Part shown: positions 11,801-19,983 of the stretch, one piece after another | Layout: the number at the start of each line of letters is the position of its first letter | How positions within the stretch are numbered: position 1 is the first letter of the stretch | NCBI GenBank assembly: GCA_030827365.1 | Contig: JAUREO010000002.1 | Location: 10,928-74,927, forward strand | Direction: 5' to 3' | Source of the DNA: Poseidonia sp. | GTDB taxonomy: Archaea > Thermoplasmatota > Poseidoniia > Poseidoniales > Poseidoniaceae | DNA length: 64,000 nt | The notes under the pieces: generated by a model | What the model was told of the DNA's origin: nothing | The model's database searches: none | The model's input: the letters and a program-made list of their open reading frames with translations, nothing else | Program-made: the position numbers and the translations under genes

Positions 11801-12590
11801 TTTGCCAACCCGATTCATTTTGCTTTGGACGCTCTATGGCATGAAGGCCAAAGGGCAATGTTTCTTGTTCATCGTATGCTTGGTCAACAAGATATCGTCC
11901 GTGAAAACCAAGTCGAAACGACCCCTCTGCTATGAGTTGATGAACTGGAACCCATTCTGCTAGGTGCTGGAGAATGCTCGCCTGCATTGGGGTATAATCG
12001 GGTGGCTGGTTAAGGATGATGATACCGTCAATCAATTCTAAATGGAATGGTTTGCTCTTGAATTTTTTCAATGCTTGAAGAACATGAAGTTCAAGGAAGA
12101 AGGCGAATGTTCGCTGCATTTGTGATTCAAGAGATTGTAATTCAGTCACAATGTCATCAAATCCAGGATTTTCGCTCCAATTCCATGGCTGCTCACCTCG
12201 AAGAAGCACCTTGAGCGTTGATAGAATTCGTTGTGTCTTCGAAAACGACCAAGGATGTGCTCCACTGTGGAGAAGTGGGAATGCCAACTCTGATGCTCTA
12301 CCTTCAAGAAACGAATGAATGGATTGCAAGGTTGCAATGTCAAGTTCAATCACCGATGGCAACCTGAGATCGCTTGCCAATTGACGTAAGAGTCCACTGT
12401 AGGTCACATGATTACTTGGGTGAACAATTGAGCTTTCCCGATTCAATTGGTTCACGAATTGGTGTCGATGTTCACTCGTCGGATGTATGATGAGGACCCG
12501 TTCAAGTTCTCCGTTGAGCAGGGATTGTTTCAACCAGTGAGGGGCACCACGGCCTAACTCAACTGGTTCTGATGTAATCATTCTCTTCAC
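8877..12590 (-). CDS. AddB-like protein: degenerate helicase-like scaffold plus C-terminal PD-(D/E)XK nuclease with four Cys
   Basis: WSPSRIQAWLECP, RGDMIH, GFADRVD, DIKT, QLALYA, CSYCPINNIC; stop overlaps the start of the AddA-like gene by 4 nt. Confidence 0.85.
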   Translation of the reverse strand: MKRMITSEPVELGRGAPHWLKQSLLNGELERVLIIHPTSEHRHQFVNQLNRESSIVHPSNHVTYSGLLRQLASDLRLPSVIELDIATLQSIHSFLEGRASELAFPLLHSGAHPWSFSKTQRILSTLKVLLRGEQPWNWSENPGFDDIVTELQSLESQMQRTFAFFLELHVLQALKKFKSKPFHLELIDGIIILNQPPDYTPMQASILQHLAEWVPVHQLIAEGSFRLGFHGRYLVDQAYDEQETLPFGLHAIERPKQNESGWQTSVGKSRESKFVRVLLSDKKDIFESVGQCVAEYLQQHEGEIIIIDPCGDQHQTLWQQHLSPSGIDLDKPGISLHYTPHVQQLLGIARIGYGVHAWSFANISRLLHSGSLTLLDDIFPELRHPTVSNWRPCLHQHVLEKCSSIHHLLGGPGALARWRTNLQRMQPIENQYEVITAKEIEETQWALAAFARLMGPLLSPEDNFIAQLDIEGAATLAQLPLPESPPHVFAWFEEFLCKIDWSRLLSSQVEHHQEIQGLEKLISNVRELEKTIPQSSLNNFGIHWFFERLTHICSHVKTTGSPSNSNKIRVLQPDQAFGLECDFLILTHLDLESWSMRQPVIPWLDEYSKQELGFFSNDQRIRQGRHQLRHLLNCSPQVVIFDTSLEEGGEPSAPLSEWFTKLGHSGMSELTTPFEWMELGTESDTSSYWGQWYDEKKKLTWITPRPLHIRQDHGRYVIQKNGIRQRNIRQNLGLELKYGLEPSQPLNSIESFLPQIERQLHQDRILRQPSKKNLAKGEVLDWDSRSLRTSISDLKFGLNLKQAEKEDTAIVAFPHLGIRGSRSITPYIDPNPLPPAHLIQPEMEPFSGIITSTLERNRWSPSRIQAWLECPRKGWAKQFLNLEDEPSDLEEDINPLKRGDMIHEILAHILERHGVVAYGDEQSAPLPLHCGAIPSVEHGWELALSYLAKHVTWLEQDYAISVHRCRSLIGASPQSWREHLEGTLLLPLGGSIGQLIQQTYSLTSSAPVAVEWPVSQDDLGYVNIITQDDVSLCVNGFADRVDLITFDEVLEDALVEIGFLNETEFTEPFPMDYSDGIRPAQRYVIIRDIKTVNGPKTNKVGERHFKGLMRELQLALYARAWEITHPNDRVVGVGISEVGEWSEHYVEIDGSAFPSNVSLAGIGRVTQILNKFYPISTLEERTMTPFRMWMKERIQTALRVLQTAAQGHVNPTPGSYCSYCPINNICTLFDLAGGEMD

Positions 12591-12811
12591 CGTTTTCCTT
12601 GTCTTGAGTTACCGTTTGCAAGCCTTTATGAACATTGAGTGCTAAGTTTCTCTGTCCGGTGAACGAAGTTGATTCGGGGGCATTTAAATTTCAAAAATGT
12701 GCCCAAATATCTTATCTTTCATGGGTAATGTTAATTAACTGGTTATGGTTGAATTCAATTTCCGTGCGGCAAAAACTGACCATTTGTGCAAATTAAAGAG
12801 CCAAATAACAT

Positions 12812-12828
12812 CATGAATGAGATTCATG
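12812..12828. promoter_or_regulatory. Perfect inverted repeat CATGAAT-gag-ATTCATG in the divergent addB-like / tfb-like intergenic region
   Basis: Read directly from the sequence; each arm contains TTCATG on one strand; function inferred only. Confidence 0.4.
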
Positions 12829-12853
12829 TTTTGCGTGTGGAAAGTCAAGTGAA

Positions 12854-14050
12854 GTGAAAGAAATGAGCGAAAAATGTAGTGAATGCGGGAGTGAGAACTT
12901 CCGAACAGATGATGAGAAAGCAGAATGTGTTTGCGAAAACTGTGGTTTTGTGATGCCAGCACCACAAAACAACGAGATGAATAATTCCTCAAATTTGTAT
13001 GGGGAACAACGAACCCATGAACGCGTAACATCAAGGGCGGACCTCGGAGGCACCTATCAGCGTACAAGAAGTCAATTTGACCACGCAGGTCAAAGAATCA
13101 ACCCCGCAATTCGACGAAGTTTGAATTATGGTAGCCAACGTACTCAGGAACGAGAACGAAATCCACAGCTTCGAGAAGTGAAAGAAGCCGTCACATACCT
13201 TGTTGGGGAAGATGCAATGTTGTCAATCGAACGAATTATTGATGCATGTATTCAACCTTATAGCGAGGAGGATGATGCAAAGATTCGCGCTCTTGAACAG
13301 TCTCGTCGCAAAGACAAAAACCTGAAGAATGTCGCTCAAAGTGTCAATCGTATCTCAGATGACTTCTTTTCAAAACGAGGTGACGAAAATCGTTCAACAG
13401 CAGGGCCCCTAAACAACTACTTACTCGCCATGGCCATTCTGGAGTGGGCCTCAAATCTAGGACTTATTCAACGTGTTCAACTCGATGGTCAACGTGAGTC
13501 CTTTGGTCTCCCAGAGGATTTGGTCAACAAGGCCAAACAAATCGTCGACAAGTGTTTGAAGGCCCAGATGCGACATGGCCTACGATGCAGTGGACTTCGT
13601 TTCATTGCTGACAGACATAACAAAGACCTAGTGGTCGCCAACCGTGATGATGACTTCACCGTTGCTTTGAAGATGCTCATCGAAGCATTATCGGACCACG
13701 GTATAGACGATGATATCCTTGAAAGCATGAACTATGACATCGAACAACGCATGAACATTCTCCAAGAAGCTTCACTCTATGGTCCATTGACCAATCATCC
13801 AGCCAAGAAAATCATGGCAATGCTAGTGTGCGTCTCCCTTGAGGCTCATGTTGGAAGCCACCGTAACCTCACACTCATTGCTGAGGAGGTATCCATGACT
13901 GCACAAGGCCTTACAAACTTCATTCGTATGGTTCGTGAGGATCGATCTTTATTGCCAATTGCGTATCTTGTTGCTGTTCTCGCACAACGAATTGCATCAT
14001 TAAACAACAACACAACAAATGATGATGCTGACATTTCTGAAGAAAAATAG
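12854..14050 (+). CDS. Divergent transcription factor B (TFB/TFIIB)-like protein
   Basis: N-terminal TFIIB-type Zn ribbon CSECGS...CVCENCGFV; linker-like DHAGQRI...RERN; C-terminal HTH-like LTLIAEEVSMTAQGLTNFIR; start may be ATG 12863. Confidence 0.7.
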   Translation: MKEMSEKCSECGSENFRTDDEKAECVCENCGFVMPAPQNNEMNNSSNLYGEQRTHERVTSRADLGGTYQRTRSQFDHAGQRINPAIRRSLNYGSQRTQERERNPQLREVKEAVTYLVGEDAMLSIERIIDACIQPYSEEDDAKIRALEQSRRKDKNLKNVAQSVNRISDDFFSKRGDENRSTAGPLNNYLLAMAILEWASNLGLIQRVQLDGQRESFGLPEDLVNKAKQIVDKCLKAQMRHGLRCSGLRFIADRHNKDLVVANRDDDFTVALKMLIEALSDHGIDDDILESMNYDIEQRMNILQEASLYGPLTNHPAKKIMAMLVCVSLEAHVGSHRNLTLIAEEVSMTAQGLTNFIRMVREDRSLLPIAYLVAVLAQRIASLNNNTTNDDADISEEK

Positions 14051-14086
14051 GGTAAAAGTCAAACCACAGGTGTGAATCGAAGATTC

Positions 14087-14980
14087 ATGCGAAGATGGCA
14101 AGTTGTTGCTCTCGGACTGATGCTCCTCATCGTTGTCCCTTCAAATACGGCCGCTCCTGTTGAAGAATTGGATGTTGGTTTCATCGTCGGTGGTCAATGG
14201 ACCAACGCCTCAAATTCATCAACTGCATCCGATTATTTTGTGGACTTACCCGCGCTGGTCGAAGATTACACGGCAACTTGGTGTACCAATTGTGTCGATG
14301 TTGAGCATGCATTAAATGAAATCCCTTCTCGATATCTTCAACAATACCATTTTCACAGAGCGATTGGAGAAACAGAAGACCCGTTTGGTTCTGTAGTTCT
14401 TGATGAGCGGTGGGAAGACCGTTACGGTCTTCGAATCCCGCCAACAGTTGTATTCAATGGATACCTCAAGAAAATCGGTAGTGTTGCCGATGGAGAATCA
14501 TTGAAGGACGATTATGATGAGTTAACCAATTCAACACCCCCTATGGATGAAGGGTCGACACAATTTGTCTGGACACCGGCAGGTGAATCAGGAATCGCCG
14601 CCTGGAATGTCGACATAAGTTCAAGTGTTCTTGCAAATTATTCCCTCGATGTTCAAGTTTGGTTTGTCGAAAGCGGGGCCACATTTGAAGAAGGGTCGAA
14701 TCAACTTGGATATTACCCTCATATCGTACGAGAAATTCATTCGTTAGGAAATGCTACAAATGGCACAGAAAATTTACCCATTCCAGTTGCGTTTGACGGT
14801 GATGATGTTGAAGTTCATTTGATGTACGAGTTCAAACCTATTGTTCTTGAAGTGTGTTGTGATGAACCGATAATTTCTGATGAAGATTCTACGGACAATC
14901 CATTGCCGTATCTCGGCCTCATCGAGATTTTTGCCATCATTGCCATCGTTGTGGCGCTAAAGTCTAAGCGGCTATTGTAA
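14087..14980 (+). CDS. Secreted thioredoxin-fold (Omp28-like) protein with C-terminal membrane anchor
   Basis: Signal peptide, EDYTATWCTNC (CxxC), PPTVVFNG cis-Pro loop, C-terminal P-Y-L + TM + basic tail. Confidence 0.7.
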   Translation: MRRWQVVALGLMLLIVVPSNTAAPVEELDVGFIVGGQWTNASNSSTASDYFVDLPALVEDYTATWCTNCVDVEHALNEIPSRYLQQYHFHRAIGETEDPFGSVVLDERWEDRYGLRIPPTVVFNGYLKKIGSVADGESLKDDYDELTNSTPPMDEGSTQFVWTPAGESGIAAWNVDISSSVLANYSLDVQVWFVESGATFEEGSNQLGYYPHIVREIHSLGNATNGTENLPIPVAFDGDDVEVHLMYEFKPIVLEVCCDEPIISDEDSTDNPLPYLGLIEIFAIIAIVVALKSKRLL

Positions 14981-15020
14981 TTCAATTGTCGATTTTTTAT
15001 CGAAAGCGAGTAGTCTCGAT

Positions 15021-17405
15021 TCACAAATCTTCAAATTGAATCCGGTGTCGTTGACCTTTAGGATTGTCTCTCAAATCTTCATGCAATTGCCACCGTCCTC
15101 TTTCGGCCTGAAGTGGCACATTTTCACGGTCGATGTAATTCCACCAACGGGGCGGTGCTCTTTCAGCACCTTGACGTTGTTGCAGTACATTCAACAGTTT
15201 GGCAATTTCAATTCTTGCGTCGGTACGATGTGGATGGCGCCTGATCATTGTAATGTTTTGTCCTTCATCGACTAAGAGTTCATATCCGAGCAGTTCAGCC
15301 ATTTTTTGGATGAAATTTCGTTCATCACCATCACGTATGGTGACTTTCAATTCAAAGTGTTGAAACCCTACCACTTGAGCATCATCTGTAAAGAACTGAA
15401 GTGTGGAATCGATTGGTTGAATATTCATGCACTCCCAGACTCGTGCAAAGGTTTCACACCATCGTCTTTCTCCATCCCTCACATCTCCACATCCATGCAG
15501 ATATGTTACGCGATTTTGGTCCCGGCCACGGAAAATATCAAATCGATTGTATGGAGGATCACGATGAATTCTCATGTTCCTGATGTATTCATGAATCATA
15601 TGACCTGGTTCAACATTTTCCTTATGTGCTGAATCAATCGATTGGTCGACCAATCTTTTCCAGGCAAGAACTGCTTCTCGATGTGTAAATTCTTCAAGTG
15701 TAGTTCGATGGACGTCCAATGATAAGGTTTCTCGATTCGCGAGTAATCTCCCGTGTTCAACAAATACTCGTTCGCCAAATCTTTCGACATACTCATGTTC
15801 ATCCCTAAATTGGGTCTGACGGGTTTTATCAATTGGTTGAGTTTCTCTTTGGTGAAACCAACGGGTTGTTCCAATTTCACGTTCATTTCTGTGGTGGCCA
15901 TGTACGTAATGGGTATTTTGATGAACGAATTGATCGAAGATTGGACTATCGATGCACTCAAAAAATTCTTTCTTATTTGTAGGTGTGAGAAGCAACGGAG
16001 GTCTCACCACGAGGTGTTGGCGAAGGCTATCTACTTGCTGTGATGAGATAGCATCATTGGTCATACCGAGCACCACAGAACCAATTGTATCTCCAATGGG
16101 CAATCTTCTTTGGCTTGCGCCATTGTGAATACATAATGAACCACTGTAACGTAATGTCGTGCCAGAACAATGAAGTGGACGCAAAACGTATGGTGCTCCG
16201 TGCGCACCATGCCCTAATTTCAATTCATAATAATGTCCAAAATTACCTTTGATGAGAATTCTTGAACGATACACAATTGCATTGTTGTCTGCTGCATTCA
16301 AGCAGCCTTGCAAAAATTGAATGGAAACGCCAAAGGGTGTTTCTTGGATGGGTGTTTCAACTTCATCACTAAACCAGGTGGCCTGAAATGCAGAAAAAAG
16401 TTCTCTGGCTGGATGGTCAACAGGATAGAAGCAAGCTGAAAGCACAAATGCGATATGAAGAGGTTGTTCCAAAACAGAAACCCAGCATGCTGATCCATCT
16501 TTCTTTCGACATCGGATTTTGATTTTATCTTTTGTAAAACGAATTGGATGCACTTGATTTTCGTCTTGGTGGTGTATGTTTGTTTCGAGATTCCATGCGT
16601 TAAACCAGGGCTCTGGAAACAATTGCTCAAGCCCGTCTGGTATGTTACGTATTGCATTTTTATAATGCTCAACGAAATTTTCGTCTCGGAAGTTTCGATA
16701 ATATGAATTGACATCGTAAGCCCATGCTTGAATACCCGAAGATAACTCAGTTCGCTCCATAGAACATGAGATGATACTACCAAGCCACCTCAACATAGCA
16801 TGAAACGATTCTTTTCCTGCTGAAATTGGTCGATGTCTTTGCAAAAATTCGGGATTCATGCTATGCGATAAGGCAGATGATGCAAGGAAAAATTGCTTAA
16901 GGTTCCATCCCATTCGTTGCTCCTGTTGGCATAATATCTTGAAAAGAAGGTGTGTTGGGGTGATTCTTGTCAATCTAAAGTGGTCAATATAGCAATCATC
17001 ACCTTGGATCGATACCACTGAGCCATCGTGAAGTGAAACTCCACGCCTCAACATTTCCTCTTGATGCCTTGTCAATGGCCCATTCGAAAATTTCAATTCA
17101 ATGATGTCCGAAAACTCTTCCTCGCTACATGGGAGTTCTGTAACCGGGTCTCCATGATTCGGGAGTTGAAACCAAGACAAGACATCCATTTCAAGCATTG
17201 GTGAGATTCTTCTCCATCTGGTAGGTGATTGCCTTGCATTGTTCATCAATCGAAGTATCTCGTTTTTAGTGTTCGGGTTAACTTCAATTTTCCACTCGTT
17301 AGTTTTCGATTTTGAACAAAGCGAGGTACATAATTCACAATACTCTTGGTCTTGTTCCCCATTTCGAACAGAACATAATTTACAGAGAATTTCGTCATGA
17401 TTCAT
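15021..17405 (-). CDS. Large hypothetical protein (794 aa) with N-terminal Cys pairs
   Basis: Long ORF; CKLC...CELC at the N-terminus; canonical TTTATA 30 nt upstream of the ATG. Confidence 0.75.
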   Translation of the reverse strand: MNHDEILCKLCSVRNGEQDQEYCELCTSLCSKSKTNEWKIEVNPNTKNEILRLMNNARQSPTRWRRISPMLEMDVLSWFQLPNHGDPVTELPCSEEEFSDIIELKFSNGPLTRHQEEMLRRGVSLHDGSVVSIQGDDCYIDHFRLTRITPTHLLFKILCQQEQRMGWNLKQFFLASSALSHSMNPEFLQRHRPISAGKESFHAMLRWLGSIISCSMERTELSSGIQAWAYDVNSYYRNFRDENFVEHYKNAIRNIPDGLEQLFPEPWFNAWNLETNIHHQDENQVHPIRFTKDKIKIRCRKKDGSACWVSVLEQPLHIAFVLSACFYPVDHPARELFSAFQATWFSDEVETPIQETPFGVSIQFLQGCLNAADNNAIVYRSRILIKGNFGHYYELKLGHGAHGAPYVLRPLHCSGTTLRYSGSLCIHNGASQRRLPIGDTIGSVVLGMTNDAISSQQVDSLRQHLVVRPPLLLTPTNKKEFFECIDSPIFDQFVHQNTHYVHGHHRNEREIGTTRWFHQRETQPIDKTRQTQFRDEHEYVERFGERVFVEHGRLLANRETLSLDVHRTTLEEFTHREAVLAWKRLVDQSIDSAHKENVEPGHMIHEYIRNMRIHRDPPYNRFDIFRGRDQNRVTYLHGCGDVRDGERRWCETFARVWECMNIQPIDSTLQFFTDDAQVVGFQHFELKVTIRDGDERNFIQKMAELLGYELLVDEGQNITMIRRHPHRTDARIEIAKLLNVLQQRQGAERAPPRWWNYIDRENVPLQAERGRWQLHEDLRDNPKGQRHRIQFEDL

Positions 17406-17435
17406 GCATTGTTGAATGCTATGACTCGGTATAAA

Positions 17436-18473
17436 CTATGACAAAATGGCTTGTTTGAGATGTACGAGGTCTTCATCAGTCATATGCAGATGGACAACGA
17501 ATCGAAGTCTGTGTTCCCCTACATCAAAGACATCTATGCCACGGTTTGAAAGATGGTTGACCCAAAATGTCGCTGGCTGTTCTGTGTTTACATACACCAT
17601 GTTGGTTTGAACAGTCGATAGATCGACATCAAAACCATCAGTTCCACTAAAGAAGGTTGCGATTTCTTTTGCTCGACGATGGTCTTCATCCAAACGCAAA
17701 ATATTGTTTTCAAGCGCATACAGTCCTGCTGCTGCTAACATCCCTGCTTGCCTCATTCCCCCACCGAACATCTTTCGCCAGCGGTGTGCATTTGAAATAA
17801 ACGATGTTGTTCCCAAAAGCACAGAACCCACTGGGGCACCAAGGCCTTTTGAAAGGCAAACAGAAACTGAGTCATAGTGTGCAGTCATGCGATCAACAGG
17901 TGTTTTAGTAGCAACACTTGCATTGAAAATTCGGGCTCCATCGATATGCGTTGCACATTCAAAGTCTTTTGCAACATGTGCAATACCATCGAGAACGCTT
18001 TGTTCATAACAAGCCCCTCCTCCAAGGTTTGCGGTATTTTCCACACAAACCAAACTTCCATTGGGATAATGGCTTTGTGATCCTGCTGACTTTCGAATTG
18101 CAGCACGAACTTGGTCGGATGTCATCAGACTCTTTTCACCGTCAACCAGTGAAATAGACGCCCCACATAAAGCTGCAAAACCCCCTCCTTCATATCTGTA
18201 AATGTGGGCGGTTTTGTCGCATACAATTTCATCTCCTGGTACAGTATGCGTCCGCAGTGCGATTGCATTCGACATCGTACCCGACGGAACAAATAATCCT
18301 GCTTCTTTTCCAAAAAGTGCTGCTACACGTTGTTGGAGTTCGATAACTGTCAGGTCATCACCAAGAACATCATCTCCAACACGGGCGTTCATCATCGCAT
18401 CTCGCATGGCTGAGGTGGGCTGTGTTACAGTATCACTGCGGAAATCAATTCTATCATTATTGAAATCCCGCAT
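17436..18473 (-). CDS. ltaE: Low-specificity L-threonine aldolase
   Basis: IDFRSDTVTQP, GDDV, SGTMSN, HIDGARIFNA, CLSKGLGAPVGS (PLP lysine), GGGMRQAG. Confidence 0.95.
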   Translation of the reverse strand: MRDFNNDRIDFRSDTVTQPTSAMRDAMMNARVGDDVLGDDLTVIELQQRVAALFGKEAGLFVPSGTMSNAIALRTHTVPGDEIVCDKTAHIYRYEGGGFAALCGASISLVDGEKSLMTSDQVRAAIRKSAGSQSHYPNGSLVCVENTANLGGGACYEQSVLDGIAHVAKDFECATHIDGARIFNASVATKTPVDRMTAHYDSVSVCLSKGLGAPVGSVLLGTTSFISNAHRWRKMFGGGMRQAGMLAAAGLYALENNILRLDEDHRRAKEIATFFSGTDGFDVDLSTVQTNMVYVNTEQPATFWVNHLSNRGIDVFDVGEHRLRFVVHLHMTDEDLVHLKQAILS

Positions 18474-18512
18474 GAGGAGACCACACACTTCTCATTCATC
18501 AATTCCTTGATG

Positions 18513-18932
18513 TTATAACAATGGTAACTCGCCTGTAATCGCGTCAATGTCGTCTTCGTATGAGGGGCCAATAGCGAGGACGGTGAAACTTCCTTTGGGA
18601 ATTTGAGTGTGGCCGGCGTCAATGGTTTTACTCGTGTGCAGTTTCAATTGGCGGGCTTTTGCTTGAAGTTCGGTCAAGTGTTGTTCATCCACTCCTTTCA
18701 GGCAAACTTTCTTTTGCCCCTGAGCCAACCATGCATCGACCATTTTTGGCGTAGATGAACCAGCAGAAAGCAGAGTTTGCACACTAGCATGGCCGACCTG
18801 TGCAGCAATTTTGCCTTTTTTCATCCCCAAACTATGGTTGATAACAAGAGCGAGTTTGATTGGACGCGCTTCAACCATGCCTCCAATTTTGGGAGCCGTT
18901 AATCTGTGCAAGAAGGAGCGAAGGCCCATCAA
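18513..18932 (-). CDS. pth2: Peptidyl-tRNA hydrolase Pth2 (copy A)
   Basis: MKKGKIAAQVGHA, GQKKVCLK, DAGHTQI, TVLAIGP, ITGELPLL. Confidence 0.93.
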   Translation of the reverse strand: MMGLRSFLHRLTAPKIGGMVEARPIKLALVINHSLGMKKGKIAAQVGHASVQTLLSAGSSTPKMVDAWLAQGQKKVCLKGVDEQHLTELQAKARQLKLHTSKTIDAGHTQIPKGSFTVLAIGPSYEDDIDAITGELPLL

Positions 18933-19306
18933 TCCACCCCGTACAACTCAAGTTGAGAAAACAACTCATTAAGTGATGCTTTGTAAGCTGGCCCGACACC
19001 AAGAACGGTGATCGTATTTGGTGGAATTTCAGTTTTTCCAGCATCGCGGACAAGAGCATGGACAAGTCCTGCCTCCTCGCATTTTTCTTTCCAATACATA
19101 ATATCTACATCGTCAATTGCAGAAAGGCAAATTTTTCGAGAACCTGTGTTCCTCCACATTTCAAAAATTTGAGGAATTGACTTTCGTGCTTGAAGTGAAC
19201 AATCAACAGCTGCATGTGCACATTGAACTGCAACCTTACCCATCGACATTTCAAGGTCAGTACGCACGAGAAGTGCCATACTCAATTGGTCATCCGCGGA
19301 CAACAT
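18929..19306 (-). CDS. pth2: Peptidyl-tRNA hydrolase Pth2 (copy B)
   Basis: VRTDLEMSMGKVAVQCAHA, DAGKTEI, TVLGVGP. Confidence 0.9.
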   Translation of the reverse strand: MLSADDQLSMALLVRTDLEMSMGKVAVQCAHAAVDCSLQARKSIPQIFEMWRNTGSRKICLSAIDDVDIMYWKEKCEEAGLVHALVRDAGKTEIPPNTITVLGVGPAYKASLNELFSQLELYGVD

Positions 19307-19946
19307 ACACGTCCTCTACCATTTGAACATCCTCAGTAATTTCGGGAAGCGGTAACAAAAATTGTTGCATGGTATGACCGAACCAAACTACAAAACTCAT
19401 ATTGCCAATGACATGGAAGAAATCGTACATTAGACCAGAATAAAGTAGCGACAAAAAATCGATTGGTGTTGTGGAACTATCGACAAGGGAGAATGTTGTG
19501 ATCACATCAAACAGCACTGCAGATACTGCGGATAGAATCAGAAGAGATTTGAAATCAAGCATTTCATTGGTTTTGGAAACAAATGTTGCTCCAAGAAGGG
19601 CCACTGCTGACCATCCAAGTGCTTGGAATATCGTCCACCAACCATCGCCGATAAACACATTTGAAAGAAGTGTGACAAGAACTGCAAAACTCACGCCACG
19701 TTGAGCTCCTTGATGGGCACCCATGAGTAAAACGGCCAATGTGACAGGCTGAACATTAGGGAGTGGTTGAAACAATATCCGGCTAGCGACAATCACTAAA
19801 ACAAATGCTCCAAACATGAGTGATTGCATTTTTGAAGGCTTTGACATTGAAAAAAGAACGAACGCAAAGGATACGAAAAGAATGTCGAGCATGAGATCCG
19901 CTAATGGTGACAAGACTGGCCCATGGGTGCCAATAGCAGAGAACAT
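19290..19946 (-). CDS. ECF transporter S component, CbrT-like (candidate cobalamin)
   Basis: About 6-7 TM segments; SRILFQPLPNVQPVT, GDGWWTIFQALGW, YDFFHVIGN motifs. Confidence 0.75.
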   Translation of the reverse strand: MFSAIGTHGPVLSPLADLMLDILFVSFAFVLFSMSKPSKMQSLMFGAFVLVIVASRILFQPLPNVQPVTLAVLLMGAHQGAQRGVSFAVLVTLLSNVFIGDGWWTIFQALGWSAVALLGATFVSKTNEMLDFKSLLILSAVSAVLFDVITTFSLVDSSTTPIDFLSLLYSGLMYDFFHVIGNMSFVVWFGHTMQQFLLPLPEITEDVQMVEDVYVVRG

Positions 19947-19983
19947 GACAACCCGAGAAGATAATCGGACTTAGGCCTTACCA

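Noticed and set aside
19947-19983. Cobalamin riboswitch upstream of the ECF S gene or the propeller gene
   Set aside because: The intergenic gaps (37 nt and 6 nt) are far too short
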